Source of the DNA: Sphyrna mokarran
Taxonomy: Eukaryota
Assembly (NCBI GenBank): GCA_024679065.1
Contig: JAGIQG010000028.1
Coordinates: forward strand, 10,230,001-10,294,000
Length of the DNA stretch: 64,000 bases
Reading direction: 5' to 3'
Below, in pieces: positions 1 through 12,076 of this stretch (positions are counted from its first letter, which is position 1; the number at the start of each line of letters is the position of its first letter). A program made the position numbers and the translations under genes. The notes under the pieces are model-generated. The model was not told the DNA's origin. It saw nothing but the letters and a program-made list of their open reading frames with translations, and did no database searches.

Positions 1-12
1 GAGGAGAGGAGA

Positions 13-316
13 GGGCGGCACAATGGTTAGCACTGCTGCTTCAGTGCCAGGAACCCAGCTTCAGTTCCTGGCTTGGATCACTGTCTATATGGAGTTTACT
101 CATTCTCCCCATGCGTTTCCTCCGGGTGCTTCAGTTTCCTCCCATACTCCAAAGATGTGTGAGTTTGGTGGATTCGCTATGCTAAAATTGCCACTTAATG
201 TCAGCGGTACTAGCTAGGCCAAATGCATAGGGAATAAGGTGTGGGTGGAATTGTGGTTGATGTACACTTGGTGGGCTGAATGGCCTCCTTCTGCACTGTA
301 GGATTCTATGATTCTA
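13..316 (+). mobile_element. HE1-type tRNA-derived V-SINE with CR1/HER1-type tail
   Basis: tRNA-like head GGGCGGCACAATGGTTAGCACTGCTGC; core TTTCCTCCGGGTGCT..GTTTCCTCCCA..TCCAAAGATGTG; tail GGGCTGAATGGCCTCCTTCTGCACTGTAGGATTCTATGATTCTA. Confidence 0.9.
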
Positions 317-608
317 AATCGGGGGGGGGAGGCGGGTGGTATTGTGGAGTGGGTGATGAGTATCTGGCAGCGCCTGCGTTCTTTGAATGCGAAGAAGCAC
401 TCCAGCTCCTCCCTGCTTTATATTCAATTAAGTATATTTTAAAACGTTAATTGTGGTCTAATAGGTCATTTTAAAAAAATCAAACTGCATATTTCTGAAG
501 ACTGCATTGCTGCCAATGCCATGCATGTATAATTGCACGCTGATGGTCAACCCAGATTAGCAGCCCTCATCTTTATAGGGGGCAATGCATTGCAAGGTTC
601 ATTCACAG

Positions 609-2635
609 TTTTTTTTAATTTCAAAAATGTAATTTATTCATAAAAAACTCTCAAACAATTGCAAAATGACAGATCCAAAAATTACAAACAATAATTTTTC
701 CAGTTTAGTACAATGCTTATTTACATGACCTTACATTCATTACATTTCATTACTTAAAACTATATACATGCCTCAGATTTTACTGTGTGCTGTTATTTTT
801 CAGTTTTGTACACAGTTTTGAGGGTATTTCTGCAGTTACCGGGTCCTAGGTCCGCTTTGGCTGAAAGGCTTTACATGGTGACCTTTCCCCATTATGCCTT
901 TGTAGCAGCTGCCCCAAGCTTGAGAATGTTCCTTAGCATACATTCCTGGACCTTGGAATGTGCCCATCAATTGAGGACAAATCTTTCAGCTGGAAGATCA
1001 GCATGTTTTGGGTGGACCAAAGTGCGTCCTTCATCAAGTTGATGACCCTCCAACAGCAGTTGATATTTGTCTCGGTGTGCGTCCCCAGAAACAGCCCGTA
1101 GAGCACAGAGTCCTGCGTCACCGAACTGCTCGGGACAAACGTTGACAAATACCACTGCATCTCCAGACCTTCTTTGCACAGGCACATTCCACAAGGAGAT
1201 GTGCGACTGTCTCGTTACCCCTGCTGCTGCTTTGAGGGCAGTGTGCGGTGATGTTGAGACCTCAAGCATGCATAAAGGATCTGATGGGGAGTGCCATTCT
1301 CATCACCAGCCAAGCCAGGTCTTCGAGTTTGTTTGTGAGTTCCGGTGATGAGGCATTCTGCCAGTTGACATTGACAGCCTGCTCAGAGAACCATCCGACA
1401 GGATCTGACATCTCCTTTTCTTTCAGACCTCAAGGTCATTTCGTGCTGACCATTGCTTGATCGCCACGTGGTCAAAGATATGTTTGCAGAAAAATTTCTT
1501 CATGAAGGACAGTGCTGCGGTATGGTGCAACTACTTGGAGCATTCCGCAGCAGTGTGGCCAGATGCATCTTCTGCAACACTTGGGATACGTAGGACTTCA
1601 AAAAGTAGTGGCACTTGCTGTTAGAGTACCAGCTTGATGCAACCGCACACAAAGGTTGCCATCAGGATGAGGGCGGCATTGTGAACATTTTTCCCTCTGT
1701 TCTCTAGAGATTTGTGTATCGCTTTCCTCCGGATATGATCCATCTTTGATTTCCAGATAAATTTGAAGATGGCCTAGGTTAGTGCTGCTGCGCAGGATTT
1801 GGGGATAGGTCAGACCTGGACAGTACCTTGCATCAGATCACCAGGTTTTTTTCTGGTGATAGAGAGAGAGCATTGCTCCCAGAAGCTTAATTTTTGCCTG
1901 ACTTTGGCGATGTGGTCTCCCCGGTTTTTGGTACATGCCCCTGCCACTCCAAACCATATCCCCAGCACCTTAAGGTAGTCTGCCTTGACACTGAAGGGGA
2001 CAAAGGATCTGTCAGCCCAGTTCCTAAAGAACATGGCCTCTCTCTTGCCTTGATTGACTTTGGCTCCCGAGGCCAGATGAAACTCCTCACAGACTTGGAG
2101 AAGCCTGCAAACAGACAAGAGGTCCAAGCAGAAGACAGTTACGTCATCCATGTACAGGGAGGCTTTGACCCGTGTGCCTCTGCTGCCTATGATTGTAACC
2201 CTTTTGATGCCTGGATTACTTCTGAGGGCCTCGACAAAAGCTTCAATGCAACACACAAAAAGGACGGAGGAGACAGTGCAGCCCTGCCTGACTCCAGACC
2301 TGATCCGAAACCTCTCTGATTCCCACTCATTAATTGAAACTACGCTGCTGTGTAGAACAATGGGATCCAATTGTGGATTCCCCCCACCCCGCCCCGCCCC
2401 AAAGCCCATTTTGGAGAGCACATCCATCGTGTAGTTGTGTGATACTCTGTCAAATGCCTCCTCCTGGAAAAGGTGATGAGGCAGATATCCACCTACCTGT
2501 CCTGCACGTAGGCGATTGTATCCCTGAATAGCATGAGACTATCAGAGATCTTCCTGCTGGATATAGCATAGATTTGATAAGGATGGATCATTGACCCCAG
2601 AGCAGATTTGACTCATTCACAGTTATCACTATCCC
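609..2635 (-). mobile_element. Tx1-type (L1 clade) non-LTR retrotransposon, 5'-truncated, frameshifted ORF2
   Basis: Minus-strand RT motifs SGVRQGC, SLYMDDVTVF, ASGAKVN and LKVLGIWF (ORF 1810-2427). C-terminal zinc-knuckle remnant HCPQ..ETVAHLLVEC near 1180-1245. Minus-strand AATAAA at 633-638 and A8 tail at 609-616. Confidence 0.88.
1810..2427 (-). pseudogene. Tx1-type reverse transcriptase domain fragment (disrupted)
   Basis: YMDD catalytic motif and GVRQG motif; the frame is broken by indels at both ends. Confidence 0.85.
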
Positions 2636-3423
2636 TGACCTGAACTGACAGTGAGGGATTTTGGGAACTTCTTTTACTGACAGTTAGAAGGGTACGAATT
2701 GCAGATAACAAAGTAAGATTTTTTTCTTGTGGGGCATTTTACTACAATCATACGGGTCATTGTTTCTGAACTCTGTCTCACTATCCCAATAATGTAAGTG
2801 GATTGTAGGCTGCTGTGAGTGTTAGACTAAATTGCCTCTCCTCATTCTTCCTCCTTTAGCCATTGAGTTCCTGGTTGCAGGCTCCATCAGTGAAGTTATT
2901 AGATTTATGCGATGTACAGACCAGTGCTCATGCACAGTTGATATCGGTGGCCACCTTGTGCAACCATCTTGTGCTGGTAAGAGACAGTATCTGAAAGCAG
3001 CTGCCTCAAAACATTCTAACAGACATTAGATTATTTGCATGTGCAAATAATGATCCCAGTGTCAGTTTCAGCTGTGGATACTGTGCAGATACTTTGGCCA
3101 TTATCAACATGGTGCATAGCACACTTCCTGCTCATAGCAAGGATCCAGTTCCTGCCACCATATTGCTACTACAAGAGATCATTTAACACCCATAAAAACA
3201 GTGCTACATAGTCTGGTCTCTTGAATCCACTTCTAATTCATTTTATATGAGCACACACACAGCTTTGCAAACATTGAAAGATCAGTAGGCACAAATAATA
3301 GCTCAATTATTTTCACATTTTTCCAAAGAAAATGATATCCTTGTAGGCAACTGACAAAAAAGTGAAATCACTAAAATTTCTTTATGGCACAACGTAGATG
3401 TACTACTTAAAAGCAACACTCCT

Positions 3424-3560
3424 AAAATGCTGGTCAAGCAGCAGCTGGAGGGAGAGAAACAAAGCTAATGATCTTCCATCAGAAATGTAACAGGTTTTAA
3501 GCAGATAAAGCAATCACAAAGATGGAAATAGAAACAATGAAGGTCGACAAGGCAAAAGAG
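3424..3560. repeat. Penelope-like terminal-repeat fragment (AAAATGCTGG...GAGAGAAAC family)
   Basis: AAAATGCTGG..AGCAGCAGCTGGAGGGAGAGAAACAAAGCTAA..TTCCATCAGAA, similar to copies at about 5480, 29975/30240 and 60645. The Penelope assignment is from recalled consensus. Confidence 0.5.
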
Positions 3561-5477
3561 ATAAACGGAAATCCCATTCTTCAAGATGGCCATTTCTGGA
3601 AGAGAAGTAAGAGTTGATGTTTCCTTCTGGATTTCTCAGCTGTGTCGATTTTATACATCCTAAGTTATGGGGACAGCAGGAATTGTTTGGTAAACATAAG
3701 ACTGCAGTAAACATTGATTTCGTTTGTGGATTTTTTTTACTGCAAACTGATAAACGTAGAGGCCTTCATACATTCATGACACAACTGTCTTAGTGTGAGG
3801 AAACTAGCGAGAGGTTATGACTTCATAGTCTTTTGTTTTGGACACACAATCAAATAAATAAAAAGCTCTTATTCATTAAAATTGAACTTTTAATAACGAA
3901 CAGATGTTGTTAGTTGATTTAAAGCAATTCAGGTAGGTCTGCGGATCAGTTCCATTCATTATATCCAAGCATCTGATTTGAATATCACTTTTCATTATCA
4001 GCAGAGGAACACCCATTATAATAATTCTAAAATGAGGTGAAAAAAACAAATTAAAGTTGCAGGGGTAGCATCCCAATGGATATTACTCCTATTTGAAATG
4101 GACTGATGCAAAAGGCTTGGTAAACTACCAATTAAAAAACAATTTAAATAATTTTGTATGTATTATGAATACGATATCAGCTCACCTGCATGTGATGCCA
4201 TTGAAAACAACACCTGGTTCATGTAGAGCTAAACAATTTTGAATGGGTGGCTCAGAAAGTCTCAAATTGTAGCAGTCCAGTGGAGTTAAATTTAGATGCG
4301 GTAATTTGATTTATAAAAGCATGAGGTCCATTCCAGATCATCACATCTGCAAACAACAAAAGAAATTGCAGGATTTGGGAAAACTGTATTCCCAAATGTT
4401 CCACTTTTTATCTATATTTTTACACTAGGTGCAAAAGATGTTTGGCATGTGTCCATGCCACTTCAGAAGTCAAAAAACTAAAAAGGGGCAAAATTGCTAG
4501 CTGCTTCCAACTTGGAGCAAGAAACTTGCATGGTCCTGCCAGTCTGAAAACTTAGTAGCAGTGAACTTCTAATTGATCTTCTCAATTGATATCAAGTTGT
4601 TCTGTCCTTAAGGAGAACAAGTTACTTGACCATTTGTGAACACTGCTTGTGTTCTTATAAAACAGTATATTATCGGACTTATCATGAGGAGACAGTTTGG
4701 GATTTGTTAGTTTTATATAGTAGATTTGATAACATTGACAAGATAAGAACCATTACTTGTTATTTTTCTGATCTTGCGCTAACTTGGAAGATAATGTATG
4801 AGTGCAGCTGTTTGTCTCAACTCTGAATAGATTTCTAATAGAAATCTGTTATTAATACTGTATGTCAATCTATTATCCTTTTAGGTAATGTGCCTGAATA
4901 GAAATATATTTTTAAAAAACAGGATATATGGCCCAGAGTTAAATTGTAGCTCAAATTGCAGGCTATAAAGTTATAAATTAAGTGGAAGTTCAAAGTGCTA
5001 CTTACCGGTTTAGGCTTTTATGTTTTATTTCTAACTGACTTGTTTGTTTCCTTTCAAGAGTAATTGTCAGTTCTGGAGCAGTGTGGGTAGTGTCATTTTG
5101 CTGACTGGTTATCTGTTTTTTTTAATAATCCTATTGTGACAATTTTGAATATTACATTTGTACTGTAGAATGACTCATATGACCTTATGCAGTCAAATCT
5201 TTTATACTTTAATATGAATTTTAACAGCAAGGACTGGACTTGACACAAACTCTTACAAATTTCCTCCCTGGTTGTTGAGGGAGGAAATAGCAGGTGGCAG
5301 TGGTGGGATCAGCACATTGAGCAGATATGCTGGGGTGAGTTCTTGATCAATAGTTTGACGCAAATGCTTCTATGGTGGTAAAGCATTTCCAAAGAAAATA
5401 GCAATAGTATACTGATGGTTAAGCATTAGCTGTAGAATTGTAAGTATGACGTGGCTAGCTTCCTTCTTCTATAAAAG

Positions 5478-5582
5478 TGTTCAGCAGATCTGCCAGCATC
5501 TACGAAAGGAAAAGCGGGCTTGATGTCCATGGAGGGAAAAGCAGGCTTAATGTTTCAGGTCAACGGTTATTTATTGGAACTC
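5478..5582. repeat. Penelope-like terminal-repeat fragment with short internal duplication
   Basis: TCAGCAGATCTGCCAGCATCT...TTAATGTTTCAGGTCAA; duplicated segment GGAAAAGCGGGCTTGATGT / GGAAAAGCAGGCTTAATGT. Confidence 0.5.
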
Positions 5583-5792
5583 AGAGTGGAAAATATGATT
5601 ATTAGGATTATAACTGTTTTGTCCATATGATCCTTTGGGCTAATTTTGATTGCCTTAGGGTGGTCAGAAATTTTCCCCAGAGTATATCATCCCCTTTCTA
5701 CCCTGGTTTTTTTCTCTTTGTATCCTCTCTCAGTTTACTATATGGTAGCAAAGGAAGGAAAATGGGAAAAAGCTGACATGAACACTGTGTGA

Positions 5793-6027
5793 TAGTTATA
5801 GGACGGATATCAGAGGCAGGTTCTTTACCCAAAGGGTGGTTCGTGAGTGGAATGCCCTGCCTGCAGCGGTTGTAGATGCGCCAAGTTTGGTGGCGTTTAA
5901 GAGGTTAGTTGATAAGTATATGGAAGAGAAGGGAATGGTTTAGTTTGGAGGGGCATTGCTTTTTATATTGGTCGGCGCAACATCGAAGGCCGAAGGGCCT
6001 GTTCTGTGCTGTAATGTTCTATGTTCT
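5793..6027 (+). mobile_element. Young CR1 (HER1-like) LINE, 3' end fragment
   Basis: Encodes YRTDIRGRFFTQRVVREWNALPAAVVDAPSLVAFKRLVDKYMEEKGMV*, nearly identical to the C-terminus of the 39335-40912 ORF. 3' GGCCGAAGGGCC stem-loop and (GTTCTAT)n tail. Confidence 0.93.
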
Positions 6028-6029
6028 AA

Positions 6030-6915
6030 CACGAGAGAGGAAGTACTGGACAGACTGGCATCCTTGAAGATGGATAGATGAGCAGGGCCAGATGAATTAT
6101 ATCCCAGGCTGCTGAAGGAAGCAAGGGAAAATTAGCAGATGCTCTGAGGATCATTTTCAAATCTTCACTTTATATGGGAAGCTCCCAGAGGATTGGAGAT
6201 CTGCGAACATTGTACCATTTTTATAAAGGTAAGCCAGTCAGTTTGATTTTGGTGGTGGGCAACTTATTGGAAAGAATTCTGAGAGACAAGATAAACTGTC
6301 ATTTTTGAAAGGTATGGATTACTTAGGGATAGTCAGCATGGCTTTGTCAGGGGAAGATAGTGTCTTACTAACAAATGTAATTGTTTGAGAATGCAGCAAG
6401 GAGGATTGAGGGTAGTGCAGTGGATGTTAGCGTTTTGGATTTCAGAAAGGCATTTAACAAAGTCCCACAAGGCAGATTGGTCAGGAAAGTGAGATTTCAT
6501 GGGATGCAGGGAAAGCTGGCAAGTTGGATCCAACATTGGTTCAGTTACAGAAACAAAGAATAAAGTCAATGGATGTTTTTGCAAATGGAAATGGTTTCCA
6601 GTAGTATTCTACAGAGCTCAGTGGTGGGGCCCTTGCTATTTGTTGTATACAATAATGATTTAGACTTAAATGTGGAAGGCATGATTGGGAAATTGTAGAT
6701 GACATAAAAGTTGGCTGTGAAGTTGATAGTGAAGAAGATTAGCTGTTGACTCCAGAGTTTTATCAACTGTTTGGTGAGCAGCCAGAGTATTGGCATAAAG
6801 AATTCAATCCAGAAATGCATTTGGGAGAGGTAAATAAAACATGGAAATACTCAATTAAGTAGAAGATATTGAGAAGCGTTGAGGAAGTGAAAGACCTTGA
6901 AGTGCATGCTCATAG
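6030..6915 (+). mobile_element. Old degraded CR1 LINE (RT region)
   Basis: Remnant peptides GPDELYPRLLKEARE, SQHGFVRGR and AVDVSVLDFRKAFNKVPQGRL; many stops and indels. Confidence 0.88.
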
Positions 6916-6987
6916 GGGAGTGTGAGTGGGTTGAGGGGCAAGGGCTAAAGGGATGTTTTTATGTTTTCATCTTTATTTTTGGACACA

Positions 6988-7200
6988 ATGCTGGATTCCC
7001 ACGGCAGACTTCTGCCCAGCCCACTTTCTGACCTGACTTCCTCCTCATTTCTTTCTGGGTCATCCACATCAACTTCTCGTCTGTCCCACTCACCAAATAG
7101 AAAATGCAATAATACCATGCAGCCATTTTTCAAGATTGTGTTCACAGAGCAGGAAATTCTCCTTCTTTGCGCAGCTAACCTGGGAGTGAAAATCTGGACC
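6988..7200. mobile_element. Short MITE-like non-autonomous element
   Basis: Begins GCTGGATTCCCAC and ends GTGAAAATCTGGAC, forming weak inverted termini like the other MITE-like copies in the window. Confidence 0.35.
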
Positions 7201-8309
7201 AAAGTAAATGCATGAGAGCTCAACAAAGATGAAGGATAATGGCTTAAGAAACATTAATTCTCGCTATTTATATCTCTAACCTAATCGGGATGATCAAATG
7301 TGATATAATTACACGACACGATTAGTACAATATTTTTATTATCTGAAATACTGCAAGAAATCATCTGATCTTGAGCATTGTTTATACTGAGCTTTATTTT
7401 ATTCAGCTTTAGTAGTAGGGGACTAGAGTTCCAACTTCCATAACTACTGGGAATAAAGGAGAGATAGGGAATTTAAGATGGTCTAAAAACTACTCTTTCA
7501 TGGCAGAGTACATTCACATACCAATGTAATACATGAGCATAGCACTGTGGAAAAATATATCTTGAAGATAGAAAATAACATGTAGTTCATACAGTTACTT
7601 GGAAGTGTAATTGATCATGGCAACCTGCGAGAAGGCCAATGATGGATATGTAGGTTGATAACAAGCTGATCAGAAATTGTGTTTAATATATTGGAGGTTA
7701 ATCATTCATCAACTAAAAGCTTCACCTCATCGTATTGGTTACTACTGATTCTTTCCAAGTAGTTATAGATACTTGGCAAATTAGGTTTACAAGAAAGTTC
7801 CCGAGTAGCTGTATGAATTTAACTAAATCAGACTTCCAAGTACATGAACATTAACAAATCTGTCAAATTACTTATCTGTTTTGCGTTGAGCATGTTAATA
7901 CAGTTCAGTTTACATCCTTGTTCTACCAGTAAGTTCTGATCTTTGAAGGCAGTGTGTGTCAATGCTGGACTGGTTTTACTGGCTGAGAGTAACAAGCATT
8001 ACAATAAAGTGAAACTAAGTCATTATGAAATGAAATGTAATACGTCACAATGCATTGGTGCTTGTGAATGTCTTATCGTGCTTCCGGCTTTGGTGAAAAC
8101 TGAATCATCCTGTCCGTATGACTATGCCATAATTCTGACCAGTACCCTTGTCAGTCTGAGAATTGGACTGATGTACCCACATGCCTCTACAAATGTTATC
8201 CTAGAAAGGGTTGCATATCATGTTGAAATTATTGCAATTTTGCCTTAACTGTGTTCCTCTAGTCTGAAATTGCATGGCCCACATACTGGGCAAGAGTCAA
8301 CAGTTCAAT

Positions 8310-8533
8310 AGTACTGGCTTTGCTGTCTCACAGTGCCAGGAATCCGGGTGCGATTTCCAACTTGAGTCACTGTTATGTTCTCCCTTTCTGCATGGGTTTT
8401 CTTTGGTGCTCCGGTTTCCTCCCACAATCCGAAAGATACGTTAGTTAGGTGCATTAGCCATGCTAACCTCTCCCTCAGTGTACTCAAACAGGTGCAGGAT
8501 AGTGGCGACTAGGGATTTTCACAGTAACTTCAT
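8310..8533 (+). mobile_element. V-SINE with alternative tail (GGCGACTAGGGATTTTCACAGTAACTTCA)
   Basis: Same head and core as HE1 (GGTGCTCCGGTTTCCTCCCACAATCCGAAAGAT); tail shared with the copies at 20155 and 32956. Confidence 0.85.
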
Positions 8534-8634
8534 AATTCTCTACAGATCTTTTTTTTCCTCTGCCCATAAGCCTCCACTTCTTTTCTGTGAACTTTAATTG
8601 GTTACTCTCCTTTCCCTGTCTGCCCTTTTAATAA

Positions 8635-8788
8635 TGTAGAGATGCCAGCGTTGGACTGGGGTAGTAAGAACTCAGTAAGAATTTAGCAACACCAATTTTA
8701 AATCCAACCGACTTATTTGATAGTAAATTTGCAAGCTTTCGACAAAAGCTTGCAAATTTACTATCAAATAAATTGGTTGGATTTAAAA
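8635..8788. repeat. Penelope-like terminal repeat containing a 44-bp-arm palindrome (8696-8788)
   Basis: Arms 8696-8739 and 8745-8788 are reverse complements at 42 of 44 positions with loop CGACA; preceded by GATGCCAGCGTTGGACTGGGG..CAACACC. Confidence 0.75.
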
Positions 8789-8904
8789 TACTATTTACTG
8801 ATGATCAATACACTATTTAGTCCTTGGTTTAAAAAACACAACATTTTGTTTGCTTTTAACCTTAAAATAGGAAGCATTTCAAAGAAAAGATTTAAAAAAA
8901 GGAC

Positions 8905-9833
8905 TTAGAATCAAATTGGTAAAATCAGGCCCTAAGTGCTGAATCGGCGCAATTCAGATCCAAGTTGGAAAATTGCTCTCAGGTACCCCCGTACGCACTC
9001 AGCCTGAAAAGATATCGTGAGTCTGAATTGTGCTTATCGTCCCGAAATGCTGCAGCTCAGATCGGAGCTTTGAACTGCGCATGCACAGTGAAAAAAAATT
9101 GAAAAATGCTTCTCTGTCACATTGTTCTTGGGTTGCAAAAAGCAAATAAAGCAACCTGGGAGCAATGGCTCCCAAAAGATATCACCCCATCCCTACAACA
9201 TAACTATCCCCCTTATCCACCCACTATTGCTGTCTAGATTCATCGTGACCCTCTGCCTCAATTCCTGCCACTGACCCGCAGAGTGGCAGTGACCCCCCCG
9301 ACGCTCCGCTCCCACAATCAAAGAATGATCTGGCCTCCATCCCAGCCCCTCGCCTCCGTCAGAGAATGATCTGCCCCCCTCCATCACCAGAGAATGATCT
9401 GACCTTCCTCCCCACCAAAGAACCATCAGGCCTTCCTAACCCTTTCCCTCCCCCAACAAAGAATGATTGGCCCCTACTCCACCAGAGAATAATTGGGCCT
9501 CCCTTTCCCAATCAGAGATACATGTGACCTGCCTTTCTCCTACCTCCCCCCACCAGAGAATGATCTGAGCTGTCTCCTTCCCTCCACACCCCCATCACTG
9601 ATCTGAGTCAGAGAGTCATCGGAAGCTCTGAACTTATCTCCAGATTGGAGCACTTGAAACAGACCTTTGCCGAGCATGTCTCTCTTGTGCTGAATCTGGA
9701 CGCACAAACACAATGGTAAAGAGGATAATGCTGGTAAAGTTGGATGGGCAGCCCTTTAATTCCATTTTAATGTAGACGCGGGCGCGGATCGTGCTAATCG
9801 CTTCACACCCGACTTTACTAAGTTTCAGGGCCC
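8905..9833. mobile_element. GC-rich non-autonomous DNA-transposon-like element with internal minisatellite
   Basis: CpG-rich block in an AT-rich background; degenerate inverted termini (AAATTGGTAAAATCAGG vs reverse complement AACTTAGTAAAGTCGGG). Confidence 0.55.
9318..9610. repeat. Degenerate minisatellite, unit about 25-40 bp, core (C/A)AGAGAATGATCTG plus C-rich spacer
   Basis: About 8 copies of AGAGAATGATCTG-like motifs separated by C-rich tracts. Confidence 0.8.
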
Positions 9834-9837
9834 TTAG

Positions 9838-10075
9838 TTTTAAAATTTTCATCTTTGTGTTTGAATCCTTCAGTGACTTTGCCCTTTCTATCTTTTTTTA
9901 CCATCTCTAGCTTAAACTCCTCTGAGATCCCACCATTCTAATTTATTTTGCCTCTCTGGTGCTGTGCATTCAGCTGTCTGAAATTTCCCTCCTCAACTTT
10001 TCCTCCTATCTTTTGCCCCTCCTTTAACGTGTTGCTTAAAATCTGTCTCTTTGACCACATTTGTCATCTATCCCA
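9838..10075 (+). mobile_element. Old L2-type LINE 3' fragment
   Basis: TTTAAAATTTTCATCTTTGTGTTTGAATCC (FKI..LV remnant) and CTCCTTTAA..CTTAAAATCTGTCTCTTTGACCA, typical of an L2 ORF2 end. Confidence 0.55.
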
Positions 10076-10586
10076 ATAGATCTCAATGCTGAATCTTATC
10101 TGATGTTGTACTCTTAGTGAACAGTAAATCACTATTTCCACCCTTGTGCTAACAGAGGCATTGATGAAATGTCAATTGAAAAGATCACCTCAAGATACAC
10201 TGCAATAAGTACATCCATTGTGAAAATGGACAAACTATAAGTTAAAGCTTTGCGTGGATCCTTGAAAAGGTCTATAACTGTTAAGAGGGACACAATGTGG
10301 TTGCATTATACAAACCAAAGAACTCACTATAGGGTTGAATAAAAGAAAGCAGATAGCTATTGAGATAGTTGAGAAATAAAATTAAGGATTGAAGAAATAG
10401 CGCCCTGTCTTTGGGAAATGTTGACTATCATCCTGAATTATATTTCACATAACATTTATTAGTTCTAAATATTACGTTAAAGGTAATGTGCTTTCATTTT
10501 ATATAGAATGCAGTGGTGCATTCTTTTTTATCCCATTAATGTTAAAATTAAACTGGTTGTTATAACAGTTGAAAAATAAATACGAT

Positions 10587-10776
10587 GGGTGGGCATTTCC
10601 AGCCCTTCCTGGCAGTGGGATCTTCTGGTTCTGCAAATGGTAACCCCCATGATGGCTTTCCCGGTGGCGCAGCCACTGCAAATGGCTTTTGACTTTGGTG
10701 GGACTGGAAGATCCCAGTGGAACTGGAACCTGCTCGTGGCCAACAGCGGGCAATCTCGATTGCTGAAAATCCAGGC
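10587..10776. mobile_element. Short MITE-like element with internal hairpin
   Basis: Weak terminal inverted repeats; internal 19-bp stem between 10616-10634 and 10698-10716. Confidence 0.6.
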
Positions 10777-12076
10777 TCAAGTCTCTTTAATGAGGTAGGT
10801 AGTCTCTGGTACTATTTGGTTATACTAAAACTGTTGATTAACTCAACTCTTCACCAAAAAAGTAACTGTTTTGAATTGGTTCAATTAATTGTATTGATCA
10901 TTGGCATGAATATGAATAAAGCATGCAGGAGTTTACTGTTTAATCTGTTGTCATCTCGTTATTATATTTCAAAGTATTTTGCTAAAGTTGGACAACTGAT
11001 GGAATCTAGCAAATGGACGTTAATATTTAGAGGAACAATTCAATCCTGATTGTATTGTATGATATGGTCTGTGAAGATGTGGTGACTTTTTTGTTTGACA
11101 CGCTTATTAATTTGTATTTTTTTAGTGGGGGAATGCCTGCATAATATAAGCCTGCCTTTATTATTTTTCCATCAAGTTAATGTATTACAAACATATTAAA
11201 AAAGTGAAACATCAACCTACTCCTCTTATAGGCCATATACTATATTTAAGAAAGAATTCCAGCAGCTCTGTGCTCTCTTAACTGGTCAGATTAGCAAATG
11301 TTCTGTGTATGTTACTTCAATTGATTTTTTTCCTCACAGCATGATTCAGTAGGCAATGGAGGTGAGGATGACCAGGAAATAGAAAACCAGCCAATTACTC
11401 AGTGAGGGATCTACGACAACACCTATTGATTTCTTTATGTTACGAACAGCAGTGTTTGGTGAAATTCATATTCAACAGGGATGTCCCTGTAGTTGTTCAT
11501 CATGCACTACTGGTGGCAGTGCAGCTCACAACTGCCCTCAAGATTTTTGTCAGTGTCATTTCAGGTACCAAGGGATTTTGCAAGAATTAATTTCTCTATC
11601 ATCCATTATTGCATTAAGTAGATAATTGAAAGCCTATTTGATCTCGTATATCCTGTCAGATATCTTTCAGCAGGAGAGGAGGTTTTAATAGATAAATGAC
11701 TTCCCTTTGCCACATGGTATCATTGGCAGTGTGCATCTAGTTATTTACACATCTATCAACAATCTGCCGCTAAATAGAAAGTGACTGTATTCTATTAATG
11801 TGCAAATGATCTATGACCCTTGCAGAAAATGTCACATGTTTCCCAGAGAGAATAGCATCCTGTCTTAATTCTAAGACAATCAAATATGCTGCAATTCTAG
11901 AGAATGAAGAATGAAGGTTTGATTCTTCAGAAATGTGAACTAGATGATTGATATCCTAGATAAATCTTCACAGCAGGAAACAAATACAAATGAGCAATCT
12001 GTAGTAATCAGTGACTTAAAATGCAAATATTTGCATTGCTAAAGCAACACTGAAGATATTTACTGGTCAGAGCAGG

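Noticed and set aside
340-416. Short GC-rich coding-like fragment
   Set aside because: Too short to assign; no frame gives a motif I can identify.
9318-9610. CRISPR-like repeat-spacer array
   Set aside because: Units are degenerate, spacers are low-complexity and C-rich, the context is a vertebrate genome, and there are no cas genes.
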